Assembly (NCBI GenBank): GCA_000004985.1
Contig: GG738869.1
Strand: one strand, 5' to 3'
DNA from: Naegleria gruberi
Lineage: Eukaryota
Length of the DNA: 64,000 nucleotides
The position numbers and the translations under genes are program-made. The notes under the pieces are model-generated. The model saw only the letters and a program-made list of their open reading frames with translations, was not told the origin of the DNA and made no database searches. Positions within the stretch are counted from its first letter, which is position 1, and every line of letters begins with the position of its first letter. Shown piece after piece: positions 33,263 through 44,605 of the stretch.

Positions 33263-35526
33263 ATGGAAGGAAGAGCACATCAATCGTTCATGATTGTACA
33301 TCAAACACCACAAAAAAAGCATCGCTCTCCATACACATTGCAATTAATCATCATCAACAACTTTAAAAGCATGAGTGAAACATCATCAACAACAGCTGCT
33401 GATAATTCAGCATCAACAACACCAATAACATCTCCCAGAGTCATCAAGAGAGTTGTTGTGAGAAGAGTTGTGCAGTCATCATCCAATAATAATACAAACA
33501 CTAATAACAACACACAAACAACCAGTACTGAAAGTAATGGCAACAATATTGAAGTGAGTGTACAGTTTCCATCTGATGAGAATATTACCGAAACTACTAC
33601 CAATCTCACCTCTGCACTTTCCCTTTCACCAAATAATCAAACTGGACTTTCCTCTAGTGTATCACCACCATCATTTAATGGTTTAAATTCACCAATAATG
33701 ATTGTGTCGAGGGAGGACGAATCTCTTTCAAGTCAATCATCACCTTCACCCAATAACAAAAGTGTCCTTTCAACGACCATGAATGGAACACGAAAAGAAA
33801 ACGATTCGTGTGTGTCTCCCTCATTATTTGTTGATGGAAGAAAGACAATGAGCAATTCTGATATCAACCAACAGTCAACCAACAAAAAAACAGATCAAAG
33901 CCGTTCTACTTCCAATTTAGCCTCACCACCTTCAAATAATAATAGACATTCTAGTGGGGGAGGTGTATTTGGTTTTCTACAACGTATTGCTTCTCCACTC
34001 TTATCATCAACACCTTTAGAACAAAAGCAATATTCAGCAAGTTTTACTGAGGGAAGTTCTACTAATTCATATCTAGCTCGACAATTATCTCCCCGATCAT
34101 CGTCATCAATAGAAGAAACAGAGGATATGAGAGCAAGATCTGGTGGAAAAGCCATTGCTAATGTGCAGTTGGCAGATGAACAAGTTGTTAGTGGATTCTT
34201 GAAAGATTGCCAAAGTTTGAGAGAGAAGAGAAAGATTGCAGAATTGGAAAAACTGTGTAGAGATTTCTTACCACGTTACTATTCTTCCAAATCAAATATG
34301 GCTAAAGTCCACATCTACCTTGCCTTGGCATTGAGAGAAGGCTTACTGTTCAAAGATGCCCTTCATCATTTCGAAGAAGCTTTTGAATTAGAAAATGAAG
34401 ATCATGTAAATAATAATGAAGGAGAAAATACAATTGTACATACAAATTCGTTCACTATTGCAGATTATGCTCATACCTTGTTCTGTGATAGACAGTATGA
34501 GTTAGCTAGAGAATATTTTGAAAAAGCACTCTCGATATCTATCAAAGAGAATCAAAGCAATGCAGAAGAGTTGAGAAGTGCAATCATTCTGTGCCAAATA
34601 ATGTCACCAAACATTGATCCATCACAAAAAGCAGAATTGATTGATGACCTCCTTAAAAAATCCAACAACAATCAAGCCTTCACCTACTATGTAATTGGGT
34701 TGTATTATGAGAAATTACACGACTATAACAAGGCTATTGAATATTATACCCTTTCATTGAAGCGTGAACCTTCATATGATTGCAACTATGAAAGAATAGG
34801 CACATGCCAATCAAAAATTGGCTTGTTAGAGAGAGCTAAATGCAATTTAGACATGGCTTGTACATTGAACAAGCAAAACTTTAGAGCTATTTTGGCTCTA
34901 AGCAAAGTAAGTATATCATATTTAATTTAAATTATCTAACATTAACACAGCTTCATATTCGAGGAGGAATGACAGGATCTTGTAAAACAAAACTAAAGAT
35001 CATTATAGAAAGATCAGTACAATTGGTCAATTCGTCATCTGATAAGCTTCGATTATACATGGTTCTGGCAGAGTCATTCTACATATTAGGAATTATCAAG
35101 AGCAGTTGTGAATTTGAAACTAATTTTGAAAAGGTAAAATCTCTCTTCAGAGAAGCCATTCACTACTATTCCATGTATCACGAACTTGTACAGGATGATG
35201 CAGAAGAATTGGAACATTACTCTGCTGAGAGTTATTATAATACTATTGGACTTTGTTATCTCTATATGAAGGAATTTGAGACAGCCATGGATATGTTCAA
35301 CAAGGCTTCACAAGTATCTCCAAAATCCTGTGATGGAATTTATAATAAGGGTGTTGTCATGGAACAACTTGGATTATATAAGGAAGCTCTTCAATATTAT
35401 AACAAGGCACTCAAAATTGCTCCAAATGATCAAGATTCCCAAGATGCTGTCAAGAGAGTGCAAAGAAAGTATAAGAACTCTCTCTACACTAATTATGGCA
35501 TGATTGGATTGGATATTTGCAAATAA
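33263..35526 (+). CDS. TPR-repeat protein with a Ser/Asn/Thr-rich N-terminus and 2 exons (..34906 and 34951..35526)
   Basis: The intron at 34907..34950 has a GTAAGT donor, a CTAAC branch and a CACAG acceptor, and joins in frame. TPR-like helices include AHTLFCDRQYELAREYFEKAL, YYVIGLYYEKLHDYNKAIEYY and AMDMFNKASQVSPKSCDGIYNKGVVMEQLGLYKEALQYYNKALKIAP. The start is the ATG at 33263 or at 33371 (MSETSS...). Confidence 0.7.
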
Positions 35527-35756
35527 ATAAACTGTTTCAATTTACTTTTAACTTACATTGTAATCAATTTACAATTTAATAGTAATCACAAAGTTCTCAC
35601 TTAACAAAAACAATACACCGTACTATTCCACCTTACCAAATAATGACTTGTATTACAAGCACCATTATAATCATGTTACTCGTCAAGAACACGTTCTAGC
35701 CGAATCTAAGCGAATCAACTATGCATCGTTATTTTACTCATCACAAAAAAAACAAA

Positions 35757-36203
35757 ATGAAGACAACCTCTGTACTTATCATTGCAGTCTTGATGGCCAT
35801 TTTGATGGCTACCTATGTCACTGCCTCCCAAGATCCATTCGATGCTATGGCCGATGCTCTCGCTGATGCTTTCACCATGAAACGTCGTGGAAGAAGAGGT
35901 GGTAGACGTGGTGGACGTAGACAACAACAACAACCTGTTGAACAAGTTGCTCAACCAGTTGCTGCTGCTGAACCACAAGAAACTCAAGAAGAAGCTGACG
36001 TTTTTGCTCTTGTTGAAGCTTTGAGAAGAAGAGGAAAGAGAAGAGGAGGAAGAAAGGGAAGACGTGGTCAACAACCACAACAACCTGAACAACCTCAAGT
36101 TCAAGCTCCACCTGCTCCAGTTGAACAAGTTGCTCAACCAGAACCTGCTCAAGAACAACCACAAGAAGAATCAGATGCTCTTGCTACATGCGCTCATTCG
36201 TAA
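35757..36203 (+). CDS. Secreted repetitive precursor-like protein. It has a signal peptide followed by two repeats of an acidic amphipathic helix, a poly-(Arg-Gly) basic block and a Gln/Pro/Glu-rich spacer.
   Basis: MKTTSVLIIAVLMAILMATYVTAS is followed by DPFDAMADALADAFTM-KRRGRRGGRRGGRR-QQQQPVEQVAQPVAAAEPQETQEE and then ADVFALVEAL-RRRGKRRGGRKGRRG-QQPQQPEQPQVQAPPAPVEQVAQPEPAQEQPQEE. The DNA-level direct repeat gttgaacaagttgctcaaccag occurs at 35937 and 36119. The gene is markedly GC-richer than its flanks. Confidence 0.65.
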   Translation: MKTTSVLIIAVLMAILMATYVTASQDPFDAMADALADAFTMKRRGRRGGRRGGRRQQQQPVEQVAQPVAAAEPQETQEEADVFALVEALRRRGKRRGGRKGRRGQQPQQPEQPQVQAPPAPVEQVAQPEPAQEQPQEESDALATCAHS

Positions 36204-36311
36204 GTTTTAAAATTTGCATGATTCTTTACACATTATCCTCTTGCATGATATTTCTAAATTTTTAAATAATTGTCATGGAATGCTTTTTGGAAATTATTCG
36301 AAACTCTAAAG

Positions 36312-36735
36312 TTTCCCATTGTTCAAGCAATGTGGTCAATCATGGAGCTCTCAATTGATTAGTACTGATACCATCTGTAAATCTGGTTGTTTGATGACCT
36401 CCATGTGTATGGCTTTGAACGGTCGTGGAAAGACTAGCATGAACCCAGGTCAATTTGCATCTTGGTTAAAGTCAAACGGTGGTTTCAGTGGTAATCTCTT
36501 TGTCTGGGGAAGTGTTTCCAAGTTTGGTCTTACTTATGAAGGTAAAATTAAGGGAACTAGCTCAATTGCTTCACAACTCTGTGCTGGAAAGATTGTCATC
36601 CTCAATGTCCGTTATGGTGGACATTGGGTTTTGGCCACTGGTTTCGATGGTTCTTCATTCACTGTTAATGATCCAGGTTATTCCAAGTCTTCATATGCTG
36701 CCTCTGAAGTTACTCAAGCTGCTATTTATCATTAG
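36312..36735 (+). CDS. Peptidase_C39-like (C39_2-type) cysteine peptidase domain. It has no own ATG before the catalytic Cys and is probably a downstream exon of the 35757 gene.
   Basis: The motifs are QCGQSW...CKSGCLMTSMCMALNG (Cys motif), QLCAGKIVILNV, and GGHWVLATGFDGSSFTVNDPG (the His and Asp of the C39-like triad). The frame opens immediately after a TAA at 36306. The GTAAGT donor at 36200 (phase 2) and the AG at 36310-36311 (phase 2) join it in frame to the upstream gene. Confidence 0.6.
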
Positions 36736-37173
36736 TTTCGAATAGTTTTTACTACTGAGGAAAAGAAAAACCTTAATTTTGATGAACGAATGATTTTTGA
36801 GATTTGAATAAAGTGTTAATTCATCATGATTTAAACATTGTTAATTTGTGGTTTCATTGTTTCTGAATCTTTCACTTTAGGTTCAATAGATTCCTAGCAC
36901 AATTGGCGGGAAAACAATATTCTCTCCAAATAAGTAAACGAATAAGCTTAAAATAAGAAAATTCATTTTGAGAATATGCAAACAAACCCAGATATCTCTT
37001 CAATACACTTGAAAAAAAAACAGAGATCGTATTCACTGCTAACAAACATACTCTTCAGCATCATCAACAGATTGAAGAAGAAGAAGCGAGAGAGTTTGAA
37101 ATAAACGATCAATGTTGAAGCGTCACTTACTGTTAATATTAAACAAGTAGAAGAATTCAAAATATTATCAGGG

Positions 37174-39243
37174 ATGCCTGGGAAAACTATTTTCTTTTCT
37201 CCTCCGAATAGTAGTTGTGCTAATAGTAGCAATAATAATAATTTGGATACAAAAGATGGTGAAGGTAATAATAATTCGTCCCCATCTTCAATTTCTATTA
37301 AAGGAGCTATTAAACCCTCATTACTATCGAGAGGAGATGAAGGAAGTTTATCTGAGTATATCAGATTGCACAGCACGAATATTGTTGAGGAATTAATGTT
37401 TTCGGCAACTTCATCTAGGATTGGGTTGGCAATTATAATTTTAATGTCGTTTGTGTTGTCTTTAATTTATGGATTTGTAACAATGAGTTGGGAAAAGAAT
37501 GTGATTAATATTGTGGTGATTGTGGGGCAAATTCTTCTAAGTAAGAATGGAGTTAGGTCGTTGTTTGTGAAGGATGAGGTTATCAAGGTCGAGAATGGAG
37601 ATCGACTTCGTTTGGCAGTATTGTTGGTCTTGTTGACAACTCGATTCTTTCTCTTTGATAAGAATAAGATTTTATTTGTGCCAACCATGTTGACCTATCA
37701 TTTTGGAGGGAATAAGGTTTATTTGCAATCAACCTTTTTGGGATTACTGCCAACTTTCTACTTGTGTTCACTGTATTGTGGATCTGCTTGTTGGCAGGGA
37801 TATTTGCACTATTTGGAAAATGGATTTAATGAAGAATGTGTCTGTATTTTGGCAGAAGGTTGTGGATTGGGTTTTTGTTTGTGGGTGACAACTTTTTATT
37901 TGGTAACAGCTACTGGTTATCTAACTATGAAAGTCAAAACATTGGAAGATACTAGAAACAAATTGGAGGAAGCTCTTAGTGTGAGGAATACATTTATGAG
38001 TCATATTTCTCATGAATTTAGGTAAGTTATTTGGAATTCTATTGGAATGTTAATTTATTGACATCTGTAAATTCCAAAAAGGTGTCCTATTCAATCGAGT
38101 ATGGGGTGCCTACAATTATTAAAAGAAACAGAAATGAATAGAAAGCAACATGAACTGGTGGATACTATCATATTATCAAATAGTATTTCTTTATTGTTGA
38201 TTGAAGACATTTTACGACTTGTTAAGATTGAACACGAAAAGGGAAAAAATGGGAGCAAACATGTATTTGATCTGGGAAAGGCCTTGAATGTGTTGGATAA
38301 AATGGTGAGTGGATATGCAAAGCAATTCAGTGTTACTTTGAAATTTACATATGAAAGTGTAAAGAATTTGATAATTGAATCAAACCAGTCACAGTTATTG
38401 CAAATTTTGAGTAATTTAATAACAAATGGAATTAAAGCGTCCAAGGCGAATTCTATTGTAGAAATTGAAGCAAAAGTCATTCAAAAGAATGAAGAAAATA
38501 ATAGTGCCATGGTCCAATTCAAAATTATCGATCACGGAAAAGGAATACCAGAAAGCATGATTCCATCAATTTTTGAACCATTTGTTCAATTGGGAAATGT
38601 TAATGAATCCAAAGTGCCTAGCTCAGGATTAGGTCTAACAACAGTAGCTCATTTAGTGAATTTAATGAATGGAGAAATCAATGTTAAATCAACTCTTGGA
38701 AAGGGAAGTGAGTTTATTGTAGAGTTACCATTTGATCTTGCTTCACCTGAATCTCAAGAAGAAATTAACCAAGATCCCATTTTAGAACTCCAATTAGCAG
38801 TTCCTCAAGAGCAATTAAAAGCTGGATCTTCTGCATGTATGGATGAGGGCATTACAGGGAATGTTATTGTTGCTGAGGATAATGCAGTGAACAGAAAGGT
38901 CATTGTTAAAATGTTGTCCAGTTTAGGTTATAAGGCAGATTCAGTATGTAATGGTGAGGAGTTAATTCAACAATTTGATCCAACAAGACACAAAATTGTA
39001 ATCACAGATATGGTATGTTTGAAACTCTATTTCATTTTCTTATTCAGTTATATTTAATAGAACATGCCAAGTATGAATGGAATTGATGCAGCAAAAGAGT
39101 TGAGAAATAGATATGGAAATGATTTTAAGATTTTCCTCTTGACGGGAAATGTAATGGCAAATGAGGATAATTATTCATCAATTATTGATAGGGTCATTAT
39201 CAAACCTATTTCCAAATCAAGCTTGGAACAATTAATATCATAA
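37174..39243 (+). CDS. Hybrid sensor histidine kinase with 3 exons (37174..38021, 38082..39012 and 39061..39243)
   Basis: The N-terminus has multiple TM segments. The HisKA H-box is SHISHEF-R|CPIQ, split by an intron whose GTAAGT donor is at 38022. The HATPase_c motifs are IIDHGKGIP and GLGLTTVAHLVNLMNGEINVKS. The receiver domain is VIVAEDNAVNRKVIVKMLS...KIVITDM|NMPSMNGIDAAKELR...KIFLLTGN, split by a GTATGT intron at 39013..39060. Confidence 0.85.
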
Positions 39244-39473
39244 TGAACTTCAATAGAGGATATAAATTTGTACAAAGTACTAGTAGTTAACTACTCAATA
39301 TCAGCCAAACAGAAAAAACACCCTACTCAATGGCAATTTACAATCCCTAATTACCAAAAAATAACTTCCAGCTGTACTATTACAATATGTTCTTACAAAC
39401 AATCCCATCTCATTAATTGATAAAACATTTACTAGTTTAAGTTATAATTATTCAACATTTTCTGAATTAATAG

Positions 39474-42400
39474 TTAATTTGATGAAGGTTTTTTACAAAC
39501 AAATTTGTGGAAATTCCAATCTGCTAGTTGGCATTCCCTACTACAATAAGGAGTTTGTTTACACTCTCCACACTTTGATTTACAAGGTTGATTAGCACAG
39601 AATGCACATGATGGTTGATGAGGTCCTTGGAAACCTTTTCCTTTCTCTTCAGTTTCACTTTCAAAATCAACATTTGGAATTCTACCCTCGTGTAATGCTC
39701 CAATTATTTGAAGAACCATCATACAGATATACTGTTTCTGTTGATCGTTTGATAGGGCATTTTTTTGGACCCAATTCATAAATAGAACATATTCTGAATT
39801 AGAATCATACTTGTCAAGTAGATTAGGGAAATCAGTGTGAGACATTGATACAATGATAACAGAAACCAAGTTACTTTGTAATCTTATTGGTGCCTTAAGG
39901 AAGAGGGAAATGTAATATGCGAGACCCTTATCAGTATTATCCAATAAGAATGTAGTGCTCCGGCTATCATTACTGCAAGCAGTGCCGAGAACAACAGAGG
40001 CATGTCTACCGAGAGCTACTTGGTCTTCGTTGAAAGTCTTAGTTCCTGGTGGCATGAAGTGCTGCATGGATCGAACGGTCAGTAAAATGGTATTCTCCTT
40101 CTCAGATTGTGGCATTGTCTTGAAATTAAGCAATAAGGCCAATGAACGAATTAAATAATTGGAGAAATTTGCTCCACGTGATAAATCTTTCAATAAATTC
40201 AAGAGCTTTCCAGATAATTTGTACTTTCTTTCAATATTCCTTTTTGTGCTGGGATTTACATTTTGTAAAATTCCGAAAAAGATTGAGAGTGCATTTTCAG
40301 CAGTGGCTGTATCAATGTATTCCAAATTGTCAATGTACTTTTCTGCCACTTCAATGGCTCCACTCTCTAGTATGTCCTTTGGGAAGTCCCAAGCAGCTGC
40401 TCCAAGAGCACTCAACATTACTTCAGCTCCATTGGCAATAATTAATTTGAGTCCCGAGTCCAAGTGCTTATTGAGCAGTGAGACAATAATTTTAAATCCA
40501 TCAATGCTCTTGATTCTGGAATGATGATGATATATTAAATCAATTCTGCCAGTCAATTTAACAGTAATATCTTGCAATATGGTGGCACCAGCAACTTGCT
40601 CTTTTTCATTGCCATTAAGAAGTAGAATTAGGCCATTATTTCTAAGGGCACCAAGACTTCCACCTGGCAATTTCGCAGCAGTATCCACTACTGTACCAAT
40701 GTATAAATGTCTAAAGCAATAGAAAGCAGCTGCCAATATCTTTAAATTATTCATTCTCTCCTTCGAAAACAATAATTTAGCAAAGTAGTTTTGGCTTTGC
40801 TTGGAGTTTTTGATTTTGGATTTTTTGCTCTCGTTCATGAATATGAAAATATTTGAAACCATTGAAATAATGATGAGTTGAGGTTGCTCTTTCAAATTCG
40901 GTTTGAATAGCAAATCATACCACCCCATTTCCAAATTATTCTTACAGAGTCTAGTGAGAGCATTGTTATCAATCATGAATTCATCCAAAATATCTACCAA
41001 ATCTTGAGGAACCTCACTACCAATGTATAAAGTTACCTTTTCTAATAATTCTTTCATTTTTTGTTGGAAAGCGCTTTCAGAAAGGTCTTCCCAAATTGTA
41101 TTTTTGATATTTTTGGAAGGTACTGGGCTTTCAACAGAAAGTGAAGGATCTTCTTTTTGAGAGTTTGGTAATTGTGTAGATTGTTGTTTCTTCTTTGAAT
41201 GCTCTTCAATTTTTTTTCTCAATTTCTCAACATCTTTAATCATTATGCCATAACTTTCGAAATGTCTCAACAATGCATCAAAGGCATCCAAATTTGAGGC
41301 GTGGGCTGCAATCTCAATACAAGTCATGTTCTCTTTTCTGGTCTTGTGCATCATTAATTGTAGTACCTTTACCTTATGTTCATTACTCTTTTTAGCCAAA
41401 GCTCCCAAATATGGGAAGATAATATCAAATAATTTACCGTCTGCTTTATAAGCTGCTGCTGTGAGGACACTATTTCCTTCACAGTCAATCAATAGAGGAT
41501 CTGCTCCAATACTCAATAAATGGGATACCACTGCATGACGATTTGACAAACATGCAATATGTAATGGAAGGGTGACTTTTGGTGGAGCTACATTCACATT
41601 GATAGATTGCTTTTTATAGCTCAGCAATAGCTTGACAATGTCCAAATTTCCTACAAGACATGCAAGTGTCAATGGTGTGTTTTTAGGATCCTTATTATCA
41701 AAGGACCAAGCAAAATTGATGTCACTGATAGCATTTCTATCCAATAAAATTTTACAACAATTGTAAAAACCGTCAACAATAGCATTGTGTAAAGAGTCAT
41801 TGGCAGCTTTAACATTATTATCCAATAGAATTTGTAAACACTTTGAGTGTCCTCTCAGGCAGGCCAGTCCAGTTAGAGTGTAGCATTCTTCGTGGGAATG
41901 TTGACTCTTTGAGAGTGAACCAACTTCTATAAGTGTTTGTGTACACTGATGATGCCCATAAAAGATGGACTGAGCTAATGGTGTTCTCTTCTCTTTGTTT
42001 TGAATGAAAAGATCGGCTCCAAGCTCTGAAGCAAGTACATCAATAACTTGTGAATGGACACACGAATCTGATGAGTGGTCACACAAAATTGGATTACTAA
42101 TTTTGTGACTTCCCATGTCTATTGATGCTAATCTATTTCCCAATGCTGCTGAATGGAGAGGAGTATCACCAACATTGTCCTGACCATTAACATCCAGATA
42201 TTTAACTATTCCATTTTCAATAATAAAACGTAATGTCTTGCAAGATCCTCTGTCAGCAATCAAATGCAACAAGGTTTGTCCACTAACTTGGAGTTTTGAT
42301 AATTTCTCCCTATCAATAATTCCACTCTTTACCAAGTGAGAATCATAAATAAGTTTGATACATTCGACAGAGTCTGTGAAAATGGCAACCAAAAGTGGTG

Positions 42401-43244
42401 AATAACATGGAGCTTCCAGTGAAAAGAAAGTGGTTGTAATAAATTGGACGGTCTTTTCCTTAGTGGAGGATGATTCACAATCTATTTCCAATTTATCCAA
42501 TAATACTGACAAGAAATCTGCATTTCCAGTGGTACAGACAATGTGGAAAATGTTATATTTGAATGGTAAATCTGATTTCTTATCATATGTGCATCCTGAA
42601 TTGAGTAACAATTCAAAAGCTTCCTTACTCTCTGTTGCCAGTGCAGCGAGTAATCCATCTGCACTACTGGTAAATTGTAAATTTACCTTCATCTTCTCAT
42701 TAACATCTTGTCCTGCATCCAATAGTTTCTTCAAAGCTGTGCAATCATTCTCCACAATTGACTTGAAGAAGGCATTCAATTTCACTCCTAAAATTCTTTC
42801 CTTCAATTCAATCCTCGATAACCTAACCTGATCCAACTTGCTTTCCTTATTGTTCTTCTCTTCCGATGACATCCTTCTTTTTTCAATTTGTTCTTTTAAT
42901 TTATTCATTGCTTCCAATCCTTCTCCTGATGGCAAATTAACTAATGCATTCGAGCAAACTTCCATGGCTTCGTCCAATCTCTTGAGCATCATCAAACTGG
43001 TTGCCTTTCGATGATAGCCCTTCCAGAAGGTCCCATCCCGAGCAATACTACACTCACTATCATTCAATGCATTCTCGTATTGTCCCAAATCGAGATAAAT
43101 TTTAGCTCTATTTGAATAGGTGATGTAATCGTTGGGATTATGCAGAATTGCCTTCGAGTAGCTGTGGAGAGCATCTTGTAATCGGTTGTGTTTGGCATGT
43201 TGATTGCCCTCTTGACGATATTGTTCGGCTGTTTTATTGGACAT
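39474..43244 (-). CDS. TPR + ankyrin-repeat + C-terminal MYND zinc-finger protein (1256 aa, single exon)
   Basis: The N-terminal TPR region is AEQYRQEGNQHAKHNRLQDALHSYSKAILHNPNDYITYSNRAKIYLDLGQYENAL. The central ANK repeats include GQTLLHLIADRG and GDTPLHSAALGN. The C-terminus is CAFCANQPCKSKCGECKQTPYCSRECQLADWNFHKFVC. Confidence 0.8.
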   Translation of the reverse strand: MSNKTAEQYRQEGNQHAKHNRLQDALHSYSKAILHNPNDYITYSNRAKIYLDLGQYENALNDSECSIARDGTFWKGYHRKATSLMMLKRLDEAMEVCSNALVNLPSGEGLEAMNKLKEQIEKRRMSSEEKNNKESKLDQVRLSRIELKERILGVKLNAFFKSIVENDCTALKKLLDAGQDVNEKMKVNLQFTSSADGLLAALATESKEAFELLLNSGCTYDKKSDLPFKYNIFHIVCTTGNADFLSVLLDKLEIDCESSSTKEKTVQFITTTFFSLEAPCYSPLLVAIFTDSVECIKLIYDSHLVKSGIIDREKLSKLQVSGQTLLHLIADRGSCKTLRFIIENGIVKYLDVNGQDNVGDTPLHSAALGNRLASIDMGSHKISNPILCDHSSDSCVHSQVIDVLASELGADLFIQNKEKRTPLAQSIFYGHHQCTQTLIEVGSLSKSQHSHEECYTLTGLACLRGHSKCLQILLDNNVKAANDSLHNAIVDGFYNCCKILLDRNAISDINFAWSFDNKDPKNTPLTLACLVGNLDIVKLLLSYKKQSINVNVAPPKVTLPLHIACLSNRHAVVSHLLSIGADPLLIDCEGNSVLTAAAYKADGKLFDIIFPYLGALAKKSNEHKVKVLQLMMHKTRKENMTCIEIAAHASNLDAFDALLRHFESYGIMIKDVEKLRKKIEEHSKKKQQSTQLPNSQKEDPSLSVESPVPSKNIKNTIWEDLSESAFQQKMKELLEKVTLYIGSEVPQDLVDILDEFMIDNNALTRLCKNNLEMGWYDLLFKPNLKEQPQLIIISMVSNIFIFMNESKKSKIKNSKQSQNYFAKLLFSKERMNNLKILAAAFYCFRHLYIGTVVDTAAKLPGGSLGALRNNGLILLLNGNEKEQVAGATILQDITVKLTGRIDLIYHHHSRIKSIDGFKIIVSLLNKHLDSGLKLIIANGAEVMLSALGAAAWDFPKDILESGAIEVAEKYIDNLEYIDTATAENALSIFFGILQNVNPSTKRNIERKYKLSGKLLNLLKDLSRGANFSNYLIRSLALLLNFKTMPQSEKENTILLTVRSMQHFMPPGTKTFNEDQVALGRHASVVLGTACSNDSRSTTFLLDNTDKGLAYYISLFLKAPIRLQSNLVSVIIVSMSHTDFPNLLDKYDSNSEYVLFMNWVQKNALSNDQQKQYICMMVLQIIGALHEGRIPNVDFESETEEKGKGFQGPHQPSCAFCANQPCKSKCGECKQTPYCSRECQLADWNFHKFVCKKPSSN

Positions 43245-43583
43245 TTTTTTTTTTGAAGTTTTTTTTGTTTGGATTAATTTTGGCGGTTCAGCTTCGATGT
43301 GCTTTAGACTTGTATTTTTACTTAATAACTTCTAAGGTCGTTACCAAAGAAGCGAATATAATAAAATTACAATTTATTATTTTTACTAAATAACTTCTGA
43401 AATTTTTTGACATTTCACAAAGTCACACAATAATTGATAAACAACAATGATGGTGAAATGATCTGGAAATGATGATACCCAGTTGAGATAATATCGTTAA
43501 ATAATATGGTGATTTAAAGATGAGATAAAAAGATTGAGAATAGTAAATATACAATTGAAATATTGGCAATATATTTGAATAAT

Positions 43584-44605
43584 TTACAAAACCATACACT
43601 TTCCACCTTCCTTTGATTTCTTTCCGCTCTTCTTTTCTTCTTGTGGTGGTTCCAAATAAACAGCAATACACTTATTGAAAATCTCACGCAAACCATCTTG
43701 AGTTCTAGCAGAACATTCACCAAAATCAGCAGCACCAACTTCTTGTTTCATCATTTCACCTTCCTTTTGTGTGATTGGTTTTTGATCCTTTTCTTCGAGA
43801 ATTTTAATAAATTCTGGATCTTCACGAAGATCCTTCTTGGTACCAACCAAGACAATTGGTGTATCTGGACAGTGATGACGAACTTCTGGGACCCATTTGG
43901 CCTTGATATTTTCCAATGAACTTGGATTGACGATGGAGTAACTGTTGTTTTTGTTATCAATCATATCAACAAGGTGATATATATTATATTGTATATGTTA
44001 TTATTATTATCACATCATTGTCATCATCATTATCGTCGTGTATTGTATAATATTCGAGAGAGAATATTTTTAAAATCACAAAATTTGAATATTCGAAAAA
44101 CAACGCGCATGTAAATTTGTGATTATTATTGTTGTTATGGTCAGTGATTCGATCACATTAAATGTATATATATAAAGATGATACAATGGATGATAATATT
44201 GTTGTTGTTGTAAAAAGGTAAACATCATTGAATTATGCTTCTTTCGAATACTTACCAAGCCAAGAAAACGTTAGTATCAGGATAGGACAATGGTCTCAAA
44301 CGATCGTAATCTATATATTTTCAATAAAAGGCATAATTAGAATAAAATTATTAGAAAGTAAAAAACTAACCTTCTTGACCAGCTGTATCCCACAAACCAA
44401 GAGAAACGTTAATTTCCTTATATTTAACGTTAGCATTGTAATTGTCAAAAACTGTTGGAACGTAGTCCTCTGGGAAAGTCTATTGTTGTTGTTGATTAGT
44501 TTCGAATAGTTTCGAATAACGTACATTTGAAGCGAAAGAGATGAGAAGACATGTCTTACCGACAGCACCGTCACCTACTACTACACATTTAATTGATTCG
44601 TCCAT
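43584..44605 (-). CDS. Rac/Rho-family small GTPase with 4 exons: 44605..44525, 44479..44371, 44310..44256 and 43941..43584
   Basis: The spliced protein is [123 protein letters not shown]...GGKCMVL. The introns are 45, 60 and 308 nt with GTACGT, GTTAGT and GTAAGT donors. Confidence 0.85.

Noticed and set aside
32979-33278. The N-terminal 100 aa of the listed ORF 32547..33278.
   Set aside because: This Leu/Phe-rich stretch is intergenic read-through upstream of the real ATG at 32978. The plausible protein begins MEDLLAYLDKK.
35715-36164. The minus-strand ORFs 35715..36164 and 35872..36162 (Leu/Gln/Ser-rich).
   Set aside because: They are antisense to the GC-rich secreted repeat gene. They have repetitive low-complexity translation with no start context.
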